In this document: one piece after another, positions 49,792 through 62,321 of the stretch | Numbering within the stretch: position 1 is the stretch's first letter | How the letters are laid out: each line of letters begins with the position of its first letter | Assembly: GCA_043228905.1 (NCBI GenBank) | Contig: JBHGNT010000013.1 | Span: 5,084,001 to 5,148,000 of the forward strand | DNA from: Azolla caroliniana | Taxonomy: Eukaryota; Plantae; Polypodiophyta | Length of the DNA stretch: 64,000 nucleotides | Direction of reading: 5' to 3' | The notes under the pieces: generated by a model | What the model was told of the DNA's origin: nothing | What the model saw: the letters and a program-made list of their open reading frames with translations, nothing else | Databases searched by the model: none | Position numbers and translations under genes: made by a program

Positions 49792-51242
49792 TGTTGTGGA
49801 GATTTCTAGAAACGGTGAGAAAATCGAGTGGAATGGGCAGGAACGGGGATGTGCAATGATATGCACATGGACATAAGAAAATGTAAATAGGGATAAAAGG
49901 TTGAAGGAAATGACGATCAAGGCATGTGGGATCAACGTGCAAGGCACTCTCCCATGGGTGTGCCATAATGGGTTACCGTACGAGATGTACGGAGAGCGAC
50001 GATGGAATGTTATAATGTTGTTTATGTGTATGTGTAAATGTGTAAGTGTAATTGTGAGTGTGAGTAATTAATTATGTATGTGTGCATGTGAACGGATACG
50101 AGGAGGTGTGAGTGAGTGATTGGTGTGAATGTCTAAGGGGGCTTGCACCCCTATTTATCTACCCTTTTGTAACTATTTAACCCCTTATGGGGAATGAATG
50201 AATGATAATATGAACATTTCTCTCTCAATTTCTTGCTCTTCTCATCTCTCTTTCTCTCTCTCTTCCTTCTCCTTTACGTTGAACCCCTTGGGAGGGGGGT
50301 GGAGCCATTCTAAGCACCATCCCCCACCCCACAATGTTTCTCAATGTTTACTAATCTCGCCATCACCCCGCAATGCTCGTCATCGCACCCATCATTATCA
50401 TCATGCTATCATAATTATCATTAACTGACGTGAACTCTCGTTCCTTATACGCAACACTCGGCCACAACCAAGCTTAGAATCATACACAGAAAATAACGGG
50501 AAATAAAAGCACGACACGAAGAAGAAAAGAGTATAGACGATGTTTACGTGGAAAACCCAAAGAGGGAAAAACCACGGCAGCCCACGGGCTGCAAACTATC
50601 ACTATGTTAGAATGTACAACAGTGAATTCACGAAGGCAACGACCTCGTGCTCACGATCTTCGCCACAGGCGGCGGTTACAACAGAGGCAACGACCTCTTT
50701 CTCTCTCTCTCTCTGTACACAGTTACGCGCTCTCTCTTTTCTTGCACCAACAAGAAATGACAACACACACTAAAAGTTTGCCCTAAGTCATATTTATACT
50801 AATATGACTTTTCGGCTTTTTACAAATATAGCCACAATAGACTCTCAGAAACATATTTACGAATATGTCCCTTCATCCGGTGAGCACTCCTCACCGGGTC
50901 TGCACCATCCGGCTCTCCGTAGCCGGGTATTCCTCATCCGGTTCTCACTGGGTCTGCACCATTCGGCTCTCCGTAGCCGGGTACTCCTCATCTGGTTCTC
51001 ACCGGATCTGCACCATCCGGCTCTCCGTAGCCGGGTACTCCTCATCCGGTTCTCACCGGATCTGCACCATCCGGCTCTCCGTAGCCGGGTACTCCTCATC
51101 CGGTTCTCACCGGGTCTGCACCATCCGACTCTCCGTAGTCGGGTACTCCTCATCCGGTTTTGTTCATCGGCACTGTTCTTCTCCCTTCCCATCTGGAGGG
51201 ACCTGTCCCCCAACATTAACCGTAACCATAAAACCTATAACA
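49792..51242 (+). mobile_element. Solo or recombinant LTR (unknown family), interrupted by a family-D solo LTR
   Basis: TGTTGT...ATAACA termini. Shares the AACCCC TTGG G-run GGTGGAG motif with 61957-62321. The flanks are two unrelated elements and there is no TSD. Confidence 0.65.
50426..51215 (-). mobile_element. Family-D solo LTR
   Basis: TGAC...CAACA termini, TSD TTAAC, 54-bp tandem repeats. Homologous to the LTRs of 53240-58940. Confidence 0.93.
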
Positions 51243-52617
51243 CCAATCAGGAGATGAATGGAAGACAACTTTCTGCATCCGATATGGGCACTTTGAGTAT
51301 ACAGTTATGCCATTCGGCCTCACCAATGTGCCAACAATCTTTTAGCACATGGCAAACAATATATTCCAAGATCTTTTGGAAATCTGTTTGATCATCTACT
51401 TGGATGATCTGCTAGTTTATTCAAAGACACAAGAGGAACATGATTCTCATGTACTATTAGTAAGGTGACTACGAGAACATGGTCTTTATGCAAAACTAGA
51501 AAAGTGTAGTATTGACTGTAACCAGGTGGAATTTTTAGGCTATGTCATGTCCTTAGAAGACATCTCTATGGATCCAACTAAAGTCCAAATTGTGTTAGAG
51601 TGGCAGACTCCACGTTTGTTGCGAGATGTGTAATGCTTTTTAGGATTCACAAATTTCTATCACAAGTTTATACAGGACTACTAAAAGCTTATTTTGCCGC
51701 TCACACAACTTACAAAGAAAGGGCAATCGTTTGTTTGGACTAAGGAAGTAGACACAACTTTTAAGGGTCTCAAGAAAGCATTTACATTGGCTCCTGTTCT
51801 AGCCCATGTTGATTCACAAAAACCATTTATCATTGAGGCAGACACGTCAGATTTCGCCCTCGTTAGTATTTTGTCACAACAAGGCAACGATGAGAAGCTA
51901 CATCTTGTGGTTTTTCCTCTCACACAAATTTGACACCCCCGAAATCAACTACGAGATACATGACAAGGAGCTATTAGCAATAGTGGACTCGTTTGCACAA
52001 TGGAGGCATTTTTTAGAAGGATATCCTGATCAAGTTATTGTATTCAGTGATCAAAAGAATCTTGCCTACTTCTAGAATGCTTATGTATTAAATAGACGAC
52101 AAGCTCAATGGGCCTAGTTCCTCACTCGTTTCGACTTTGAGATTACATATTGTCTGGGCAAGCAACAGGGGAAGGCAGATGCATTATTACGACGCTCATA
52201 TCTAGCTCCTCATCCTGGAGATCCGGCCTTTGACAATCAAAAGCAAGTAATCCTAGGACTGCACGATTTCAAGCAACATGGGTTTTTGATACTCCATTCG
52301 ATTCCCGCATTATCGATACCATACATGAAGATTTGAAGACAGATGTTTTCACTCAAGCTGTTCTAGATAAAATCGATCCCTCTCAGGCATCTTATTCACG
52401 GTCACAACAACTAGGTATGGATTATTGACAATTTGAATGTCATGATGGATTACTCTTCTTTAAGAAAGTTTTGTATGTTCCCAATGGTTCCTGTCGCCTT
52501 TGAATAGTACAAAATTGTCATGACACATACACAACCGGACATTTTGATAGTACTAAAACGTTGGATTTAGTAGAACTATAATTTTGGTGGCCTCATTTGC
52601 AAAGTTTTGTCGAAGAC
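51243..52617 (+). pseudogene. Tcn1-like chromovirus RT/RNase H/INT fragment
   Basis: GDEWKT, YLDD and EINYEIHDKELLAIVDSF; homologous to 19600-20960. Confidence 0.88.
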
Positions 52618-53051
52618 TGTTGAGCGGACAAGATCAACCGGATCTGGATCGGTATCCGAAACGGAGTACCGGACAGGGTATTTGGATCGGTATTCGGAAC
52701 CAAGAGACGGATCGGATTGTAACCGATAGGCCGTTAGAGGCCTACAATCTTAGCCTAGTACATAGGCATATTCCTTGGAGTTAGTGTCAATCGCTCGTAT
52801 GAGCATTGAAGTACTTGTCAATACTTCTGTCAGTTGTTTTAAGGACTTGTATAAAAAGTGTTCAGTAGGACCTTGAAATCGGCTAATGAAAAGTTACGCC
52901 GGTCAAGCCACCAGAAGAACCTCGTCAAACGGTATGGGTATAATGAGTACATGATGAAAGTGGCAAAAGTACGTGAGCCAAAGAGCTATGCAGAAACGAC
53001 AAAGGAGGCACAATGGCGTGCCGCAATGGAGAAAGAGATACGAGCACTCGA
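52618..53051 (+). mobile_element. A/C-family copia LTR fragment fused to an INT-RT linker piece
   Basis: TGTTGAGCGGACAAG... LTR to about 52860, then LKSANEKLRRSSHQKN... Confidence 0.8.
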
Positions 53052-53192
53052 TGTTGATGGAATATGCGTGGAAACGTAGGTATGTGTATATGAGGACTTG
53101 TCGTATGTGTTCAACAAACTACACAGAATGGAGGCAAGAAGATACAACAGAATATAAACATGGTTTAAGCTTTAATGGAAGCTTTGTTATTC

Positions 53193-53230
<38 letters not shown>

Positions 53231-53697
53231 GACGCTATGTGACGGGAACTCAAGGCTCCTTATGCACAACGCTCGGCCACAACCGAGCTTAGGATCATAC
53301 ACAGAAAACGGGAAGCAAATGCACGCGACACAAAAGAGAGAAAAGGTACACAGAATGTTTACGTGGAAAACCCAAAGAGGGAAAAACCACGGCAACCCAC
53401 ATGCTGCAAACTATCACTATGTTGGAATGTACAAAACAGTGAGTTCACGGAGGCAACGACCTCGTACTCACGATCTTCGCCACAGGCGGCGGTTACAACA
53501 GAGGCAGCGACCTCTTTCTCTCTCTCTCTCTCTCTCTCTGTACACTGTTACGTGCTCTCTCTTCTTCTTGCACCAACAAGAAAATGACCACAACTAAAAG
53601 TTTTCCCTAAGTCTTATTTATACTAATATGACTTTTTGGCTATTTACAAATATAGTCTCGATGGACTCTCAGAAACATATTTACGAATATGTCTCTT

Positions 53698-53970
53698 CAT
53701 CCGGTTCTCACCGGGTCTGTACCATCCGGCTCTCCGTAGCCGGGTACTCCTCATCTGGTTCATACCGGGTCTGCACCATCCGGCTCTCCGTAGCCGGGTA
53801 CTCCTCATCCGGTTCATATCGGGTCTGCACCATCCGGCTCTCCGTAGTCGGGTACTCCTCATCCGGTTCATACCGGGTTTGCACCATCCGGCTCTCCGTA
53901 GCCGGGTACTCCTCATCCGGTTCATACCGGGTCTGCACCATCTGGCTCTCCGTAGCCGGGTACTCCTCAT
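53698..53970. repeat. About 5 x 54-bp tandem repeat in U3 of the F LTR (also 58590-58862 and 50890-51160)
   Basis: Unit CATCCGGTTCATACCGGGTCTGCACCATCCGGCTCTCCGTAGCCGGGTACTCCT. Confidence 0.95.
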
Positions 53971-54058
53971 ATGGTTTCGGCCTCGGCCGAGCTTGTTCAT
54001 CGGCACTGTTCTTCTCCCTTCCCATCCGGAGGGACCTGTCTCCCAACAAACTCCCCCT

Positions 54059-57000
54059 TCACTCCGGCATGGGGTGTCTTGCCAGTCCGATCCTCTTCCA
54101 GCATGCGTTCAGCTTGTCGGGTGTCAGCACTTTGGTCAGCATTTCTGACCCGTTCTCGGCCGTGTGGATCTTCGTCAGTGCGAACTCCTGGTCATCTACT
54201 CTTTCCCGGATCCAGTGATATCTTCACTGGATATGCTTCGTCCGAGAATGGTAGGCCGCATTCTTAGCAAGGTGGATGGCACTTTGACTGTCGCAGTAGA
54301 GTCGGTATTCCTCTTGCCAGATACCGAGCTCTCCGATGAAGTCCTTCATCCATAATATTTCCTTACCGGCTTCCACAGCCGCCATGTACTCCGCCTCTGT
54401 GGTTGACAATGCAACCGTCTTCTGCAGCCTCGACTGCCACGAAACAGCTCCCCCTGCATATGTCATTACATACCCGGATGTAGACCGGCTGGAATCCACA
54501 TCAGCCGACATGTCCGAATCGGTAAAACCGTCAAGTTGAGGTTTCCCGGAGCCGAATCGGAGACACATGTTTGAAGTGCCCTTCAAATACCGAAGTATCC
54601 ATTTGACCGCGTTCCAGTGATCCTTGCCGGGATTGCTCATGAACCGGCTCACCACTCCGACTGCGTATCCTATATCCGGTCGGGTACACACCATTGCGTA
54701 CATCAAGCTCTCGACGGCAGAGGCATATGGAATCTTCATCATATCCGCCTTCTCTGCTTTCGTCTTCGGGCTCTGCTTACCGGATAGCTTGCAGTTTGCC
54801 GAAAGTGTCGATCCGACCGGTTTCGCTTCTGACATGTTGAACCTGTGAAGCACCTTTGTCACGTACTTCTCCTGTGACAGCCATAATTGCTTCTTTGACT
54901 GGTCCCGAATGATATGCATCCCCAACATCTGTCTTGCCGGACCCAAGTCTTTCATTGAGAAGGTCCGGTTGAGAGCCTTCTTCAGCATCCGTATTTTGAC
55001 TTGGTCACGTCCAACGATCAACATGTCATCCACGTACAGGAGGAGTATCAAGAAGTCGCCTCCTTCGAACTTCTTCACAAACACGCAGTGATCGGCCTGC
55101 ATCTTGTAGTACCCTTGATCGGTCATGAAGGAATCGAACTTCCGGTACCATTGTCGGGGAGCCTGCTTTAGTCCGTACAGGCTCTTCTTCAGCCGGCATA
55201 CCAGGTGCTCCTTCCCTTTCTCCTCAAATCCTTTTGGTTGCTGCATGTAGATCTCCTCTTCGAGGTCGCCGTGAAGGAATGTCGTCTTCACGTCCAGCTG
55301 CTCTACGTCAAGGTCCATGCTTGCCGCTATACTCAGCATCGTCCGGATGGAGGTCATCTTTACTACCGGGGCAAATATCTCGTCGAAGTCCACGCCCTTC
55401 TTCTGCTGGAACCCCTTCACCACGATCCTGGCTTTGTATCTTGGGGGGTTGCCGGCATCTCCCGGTTTCAACTTGTACACCCACTTGTTTCGGAGTGCCC
55501 GCTTTCCTTTCGGCAACTCCACCAATTCGTACGTATGGTTCTCATGCAGGGAATCCATCTCATCCTGCATGGCACTTAACCATTTTCGGCTGTGGGTGTC
55601 ATCCTTCGCTTCTTTGAAGCTTTCCGGCTCCCCCTCATCGGTTAGCAGAACATGCTCTGCATCCGGAAATCTCTGGGGGGCCCTTCTCTCTCTGAGAGGA
55701 TATCTCCGTCTTTGGGCTTCGGTAGCCGGCTCTTCCATTTGCTCTTCATCCGAATCCGATTCGGGGTCTAGGCCGGTTCCGGTCTCAAATTCCTCTACTT
55801 CTTGTTCTGCCGGTTCGGTATCCTCACCGTATCCGGCTGGTTCTTCGAGTGCTAACCGGTCTCTCGCCGGTTGGGTCTGCTCATCGTAGAGTCGATCCTT
55901 ACCGGTCGACTCGGAGTTCATTATCTTCTTCTCCGACTCCCAGTCGGCGAGCGTCTTGTCCTCCATGAAGATAATATCTCGACTCCGGAATACCTTCTTG
56001 TCGACCGGGTCCCACACTCGGTAGTCGAACTCATCGTCACCGTAACCGAGGAATATGCATGGCCGGGTCTTTGGATCTAACTTTCCTCTCCGGTCCTTTG
56101 CTACATGCACGTACGCGAGACACCCGAATACCTTCAGATGCCGGTAGGATACTTCCTTGCCGGTCCATACTCTCTGTGGCGTGTCTCCGTCCAAGGGTAC
56201 TGAGGGTGATCTATTTATCACATATGTCGCCGTCGACAATGCCTCAACCCAAAACTTCTTGGGTAGTCTTGCATGCGCTAGCATACTCTGAACCCTCTCC
56301 ATTATGGTCCGGTTCATCCTCTTGGCCAGTCCATTTAGTTCCAGCGTCTTCGGCACGGTAAATTCGAGCCGAATTCCCTTCGAGCGACAGTACTCCTCAA
56401 ACTGCCCCCGGTATTCACCTCCGTTATCTGCTCGAACCGCCTTCAGCTTCCGGCCGGTTTCTCTTTCCACTCTCGCGTGGAGCTCTTTGAAGACGGATAA
56501 CACCTGATCCTTCGTCTTCAACGGTGTGGCCCACAGTTTCCGGCTGTGGTCATCTATGAACGTCACGAAGTACTGCGCTCCGGCATGTGACTTCGTGTCT
56601 ACTTGACACACATCCGTATGCACCAACTCCAGTGGTGCATTACGTCTCATCGGTGGCCTTGGTCGGAAGGAGGTCCGGTTCTGCTTACTGGCCAGACAAT
56701 CAGTGCACTTCTCTAAGTACACATTCTTCACTGGAATGAGGTTGTCGTCTGCAAGCCTCTTCATCCCCTTCTCGCTCATATGACACAGCCTCTTGTGCCA
56801 CAGCTCACCGGCAGTGTCGGATGCCACGTTCACTTCCTCCGGGCACAACCGGGCATTCATCAGGTACAATGTGTTGACCTTCCGGGCCCGAGCCACAATC
56901 AGGCTCCCTTTGCTGAACTTCCTGACACCGTTCCGGATGCTACACGTGTAACCTTCATCATCTAGCCGACCGGCTGATATCAGGTTCAGACGAACCTCTG

Positions 57001-58105
57001 GAACGTGTCAGACATCCTTCAACAACAACTTGCATCCGGTTGGTGTTGACAGCCACACGTCTCCTATGCCGACAATTCGGCATGTACCTTCATTCCCCAT
57101 CCGGACACAGCCGTGGTCACCGGCTGAGTAGGATGAGAAGCATTTCCGGTCTGGGGTAAGGTGGAACGATGCTCCGGAGTCTACCACCCAGGTCCTCTCG
57201 TCTCCGGCAAGGTTTATCTCACTCTCCTGGGTGATGAGCATAAACTCTTCTTCACTTGCCGCGATTGCCGTCGTTCCCTTCCGGTCCGTTCCCCTCCGGT
57301 CTTTAGCGTTCCGGTCCGGGGTCTGCTTCGAATCGGTACCATCGGTTTCCTTGTCTTTACGGAAATGCCGACAGTTCTTTTGGAAGTGACCCGGCTTGCC
57401 GCAATAGAAGCAAGTGGGCCTCCCCCTTGACTTTGACCGTGTTCCCGACTTCTCCCGGTTCTGAGGACTATGGTTTCTATGTCTTCCGCGTTCCGATTCG
57501 GTAAGGAGCGCTTTGGAGTCGGAGCTCGTATCTTTGTCTTTCCGACGCGCCTCCTCATCTAGCAGGCTCGACTTCACTCTTGCTAGGGATAACCGTTTTC
57601 TTTCCGGCCCGGCGTTGCCCAAAGTGACAACCAACGTCTCCCAGCTATCCGGGAGGGAGCCAAGCAGGAGTAGCGCTAGTACCTCATCGGCGAGAGGTAC
57701 TTCCAATGACGTTGCCTGGTGTATCAGCCCCTGGAAGGCATTCATATGCTCCGCCATGCTAGAGCCATCTTGGTACAGGAGTCTTACTAGCTTCCGGAAT
57801 ACCGAAACCTGATTAACAACATTTTTGTTTTGAAACATTATGCCGATCTTCTCCCAGAGCTCATGAGCCTTGCTCTCTTCATTGAAGTTGTTGTACAGGC
57901 TCATGTCGATGAAGCACCATATGTACGCCGTTGTCTTCATGTGCATCACCTCCCATATCGCGGCGTCGATTTTGTGAGGTCTCTTGTCCCCGAACTGAAC
58001 CGGCATCCAGAGGTCTTTAACCACGAGCATGTCCCTCATCTTCGATTTCCATACCGAATAGTTGGAGCCGGTGAGCTTGAACATGCCGCCAAACGATTTG
58101 TCCAT
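54059..58105 (-). pseudogene. gag-pol of F: one continuous frame of about 1348 codons with two in-frame TGA stops
   Basis: ORFs 57008-58198 and 54224-56896 are in the same frame. Stops at 57008-57010 (KDV*HVP) and 54224-54226 (HIQ*RYHW) fall at Arg positions, consistent with CGA>TGA. Confidence 0.9.
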
Positions 58106-61100
58106 ATTTTTGTGTCGTTTCGCTATGATACCACTTGATGGGAACTCAAGGCTCCTTATGCACAACGCTCGGCCACAACTGAGCTTAGGATCATACACAG
58201 AAAACGGGAAGCAAATGCACGCAACACAAAGGAGAGAAAAGGTACACAGAATGTTTACGTGGAAAACCCAAAGAGGGAAAAACCACGGCAGCCCACACGC
58301 TGCAAACTATCACTATGTTGGAATGTACAAAACAGTGAGTTCACGGAGGCAACGACCTTGTACTCACGATCTTCGCCACAGGCGGCGGTTACAACAGAGG
58401 CAACGACCTCTTTCTCTCTCTCTCTCTCTCTGTACACTGTTACGTGCTCTCTCTTCTTCTTGCACCAACAAGAAAATGACCACAACTAAAAGTTTTCCCT
58501 AAGTCATATTTATACTAATATGACTTTTTGGCTATTTACAAATATAGTCTCGATGGACTCTCAGAAACATATTTACGAATATGTCTCTTCATCCGGTTCT
58601 CACCGGGTCTGTACCATCCGGCTCTCCGTAGCCGGGTACTCCTCATCCGGTTCATACCGGGTCTGCACCATCCGGCTCTCCGTAGCCGGGTACTCCTCAT
58701 CCGGTTCATACCGGGTCTGCACCATCCGGCTCTCCGTAGCCGGAAACTCCTCATCCGGTTCATACCGGGTTTGCACCATCCGGCTCTCCATAGCCGGGTA
58801 CTCCTCATCCGGTTCATACCGGGTCTGCACCATCCGGCTCTCCGTAGCCAGGTACTCCTCATACGGTTTCGGCCTCGGCCGAGCTTGTTCATCAGCACTG
58901 TTCTCCTCCCTTCCCATCCGGAGGGACCTGTCTCCCAACACTATGCAAAATGATCAAGAAGGTGAAGCACCTTTCCAATGTTAGGTTATCGCTTATATAC
59001 TAAGCCCTAACTCTTTGGACGAGTTCACACTCAGATACAAAGTGGAAGGAGTCAGCTTTTTATGCCAACAAACTCCCCATAAAAGGACTACTCTTTCCTG
59101 CATGTACAAGTATTTGGGGTTATCTCCCTCGTAAAACTAGATTACAAAATTAATCTGAATTTATATTTACAAGTCAGTCGGCATGTGGCTGAGTCAACAG
59201 AGATGTGTTCAATGTCTAGCCTGGTTTAACTAGTTAGTCAGATTGACTTGTCTGAGTCGATCGGTTCAATATACCTTCTGCTCCTCGTTCGTCCTTCTTC
59301 TGCTCAGTCGCTTGTCACAGTCCCATCTTTGTCCTTAGTGTTCTGAAGTGTTGATTTGGGAGTGGCTTCGTCAGGCAATCGACGATATTCACCTCAGTGT
59401 CGATCTTCCGGACTTCGAGCTATATCTCGGCTGTGAGCTCCCGGATGTGATGATACTGCACCTCAATATGCTTTGTCTTCGCGTGATAGACAAGATTGTT
59501 GATGAGGTGAATTGATAGAAACCACTTGATGATGATGCTTTGTCAAGCTAGGGCCTTGATAGAAACCACTTGATTGACTATTCCTCGACTTTTATTGTTG
59601 TCGGTCTTCCCTCTTTCTCGGTCGACTAGTGTTTTGACCAGTTCTTTCGGCTTGTTCTTTCGCTCGACTGGTTCGTCTGATCGACTCAGTCGAGTGGCGG
59701 GCTTTTGCCAATTCATCGATGGTGATTCCCATCGATTTTTGCCAAATGTCCTCACTGAGGACTTCTCCGATCGTTTCTTCTAGATTTAGCTTTGGACAGA
59801 TAATGGCGAATGTGGTGCAGAATACCTCCCAACTCGCCGGCAAGCCCGAAAGGAGGGCAAGGGCTTTAACTTATTCTTCAAAGTTATTGGGAGGAGAGCT
59901 CTAACAACACCTGACCGAAGGTGCTGATGTGGGAGGTCACTAGATCCATCTCTCTCATCTTCGTTTTGAACAACTATCAAATTAATATGAGCTTCGACAA
60001 GGGAAACTTTTTCTCATAGAAGGCTTGAAGTTTCTCCCACAAAGAGAATCTTGTTGTCTCCTTGGCCATGCTGAAATAGACATTCTCAACCAGGTGCATC
60101 CGGGCAGCCGATCATGCGATTTCGTCCATAGATCTCCACTCTTCAGTAGACATCGAAGTTGGTTTGTCACTCTAGCGAATCGCTTCGACCTATGTCAGAT
60201 TATGAGCACGTCTTGCATCATTTCTTTCCATATTGCGAAGTACTTCGCGTTGAACTTCCGGATTTCCACATTTGTGCCAAACTGTGTCACCATTTTCTGG
60301 AAAGTAGATGTTGCTGGCCTGGTCTTTTCTTTTAGTTGGCTAGCGTCTCTTCTCAGTTTTCAGTTGTTTCTTGCTACCGAACAACAAGGTTGCTCTAATA
60401 CCACTTGTTGAATATGATATGCAGAAGTATAAGTGAGCACCTACCAGAAGATGTGAACAAACAACACAGATAGAATATAGATATACAAGAAGGTAGAAGC
60501 TAAGATAGACACGATTTGGCCCAAATGGAGGAGGCTTTGTTATTCTCTTCTGTAAAACTCTCTCTCTCTCTCTCTACAATGTTACAGTTGGGCTTATATA
60601 TACAAAACCCTAACTTAAAGACGTGTTCACACTTAGGATACAAAGTCGAAGGAGTCGGCCTTTTATGCCAACACATGATCCATACTAGGATCATGTGGTT
60701 ACTAGCACATCTATGTCATCAACTAAAATTTCACTTGAACTACTTTTACTAAATACTCGCAATAAGTTCTCTATTTTCCTTTTTTAATCATGCACTCCTT
60801 ATATTGACATAACTCATACTAGGGAAAGCAAATTATACAACATTTCAAATTAATTTCCTATATTTAAAGAAGGTTACAACTCAAAACATTAATAGTACAA
60901 TATTCACACTACCCGGTTGTACATGATGGATGTTGAAGTTGTCCCCAAGTATTTAGTATAGTGTTTGTGCTGGAAAACCATATTGATTGCATACTAACCC
61001 ATTAAGTGTGCCTTAGAAATAATTTAAACAAAACTAGCTCTCTAATTATGACATATGTATTTTTTCAAGTAGTTCAAAACATTTTTGTTCACCTCAAGCC

Positions 61101-61956
61101 CTAAAAACACTCACTAAGAAATGGCCACCATAGTTCTAATAATTTCCTCAATATAAATTTTGTGCAATAACATAGCCATGATTCTATTATATCACAAAAC
61201 ATGTTGAGCTTCATGCCCATGCCAATAGCCATTGCAATGATCCTAAGGTTTCTAACATCCTTTTAATATTGTACTAAAGGCATAAGAAATAATAAGCACG
61301 AAAAGAATATGTTGACAACATATATGTAGTGGCCTCAATGGGTATCTTAATGTTAGTCTTAATGTAGGAATTTCTTGATGTGTCTTAGTGTTCCATCTCT
61401 CTCTACATCATCTTCTAAGGGACCCACATGAGTTGACCCTATAACCTAGTTAGTATTTTTGTTCAAGGAAGAGTACTTATTCTCCTATCTTGTCATATCA
61501 TTGAATTGTTTGATGATGTTATTGAGCATGTCTTGAAATATTATATAATTCACTTTATGTGGACCTCAAACGAAAATATTTAGGTCAACATTGCCCCTTT
61601 CCATCCTCAAAACAATGTAATTATTCATAGAACATCTAATAATGCTACATGTCATATCACATCTTGTATGCTACTTGGTTTAAATTAATACTCGCTCTAT
61701 TGTAATGCATGTTCCTAGGTCTATGCTTCTTAGGCTTAACAATTAAAGAGCCTCCATTTGCTCTTAAGTCTACCCAAAGGGCACCACATAAATTATTTAG
61801 TAGTATGGTTATTTTTCTTAGCAAATATAATAGTTTCTAAATTCGTTGTTGAGTATCTATGCAACGATTTCAATCATTTAATGGAAATTGTCTTCCTTGT
61901 TCTTCCTCTAGTCACATGTTTTGCCTCATGGTCCATTTTAGCCTCTTTAAAGACAT

Positions 61957-62198
61957 TGTTACCCATAGGAGTGTACAGGGTGGTATAAGGGTAAAACATG
62001 ATAAAGGGGTTGTTGTATATGTGTAATGTATATGACTGTGAGTGAACACATGCACAATTATGTGCATGTTTACAAGAATGCAACGGTCTTTTTTGTAACG
62101 GTCATATTATGTAACCGTTATATGATGTACTATATAAACCCCACTATGGTTCATGTAATGAATATAGAACTTTTCCCTCTCATTTCAGTGTCTCATTG

Positions 62199-62230
<32 letters not shown>

Positions 62231-62321
62231 ATGTGAACCCCCTTGGGGGGGGGTGGAGTCGTTCTTGGCTCCACCCCCCACTCATAAACATACATTCCTA
62301 TTTCGTTCTTTCATTCTAACA
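61957..62321 (+). mobile_element. Probable LTR remnant
   Basis: TGTTAC...CTAACA termini, TATATAAA, (CT)n and the G-run motif shared with the 49792-51242 LTR. No TSD. Confidence 0.5.

Larger units (their letters stand above)
53240..58940 (-). mobile_element. Near-intact full-length Tnt1/Tork-like copia F (family D)
   Basis: LTRs 53240-54048 and 58136-58940 differ by about 20 substitutions (counted by eye). TSD CTATG. PBS TGGTATCATAGC at about 58122-58133. PPT at 54051-54061. Confidence 0.97.
53052..60673 (-). mobile_element. Internally deleted or chimeric copia G (host of element F)
   Basis: Left LTR 53052-53239 plus 58946-59070; right LTR 60406-60673; both end TATGCCAACA. PBS at 60392-60403. 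Only gag remnants and the RNase H end (HAKTKHIEVQYH) remain between them. Confidence 0.75.

Noticed and set aside
50890-51160. CRISPR-like appearance of regular repeats (also 24216-24450)
   Set aside because: Units are contiguous with no unique spacers, there are no cas genes, and the context is a eukaryotic LTR.
53628-54218. Repetitive ORFs (RVCTIRLSVAGYSSSGSY and others) on both strands; also 50804-51391 and 58520-58984
   Set aside because: Artefacts of a 54-bp (multiple of 3) LTR tandem repeat lacking stops. The related 40-bp variant breaks the frame.
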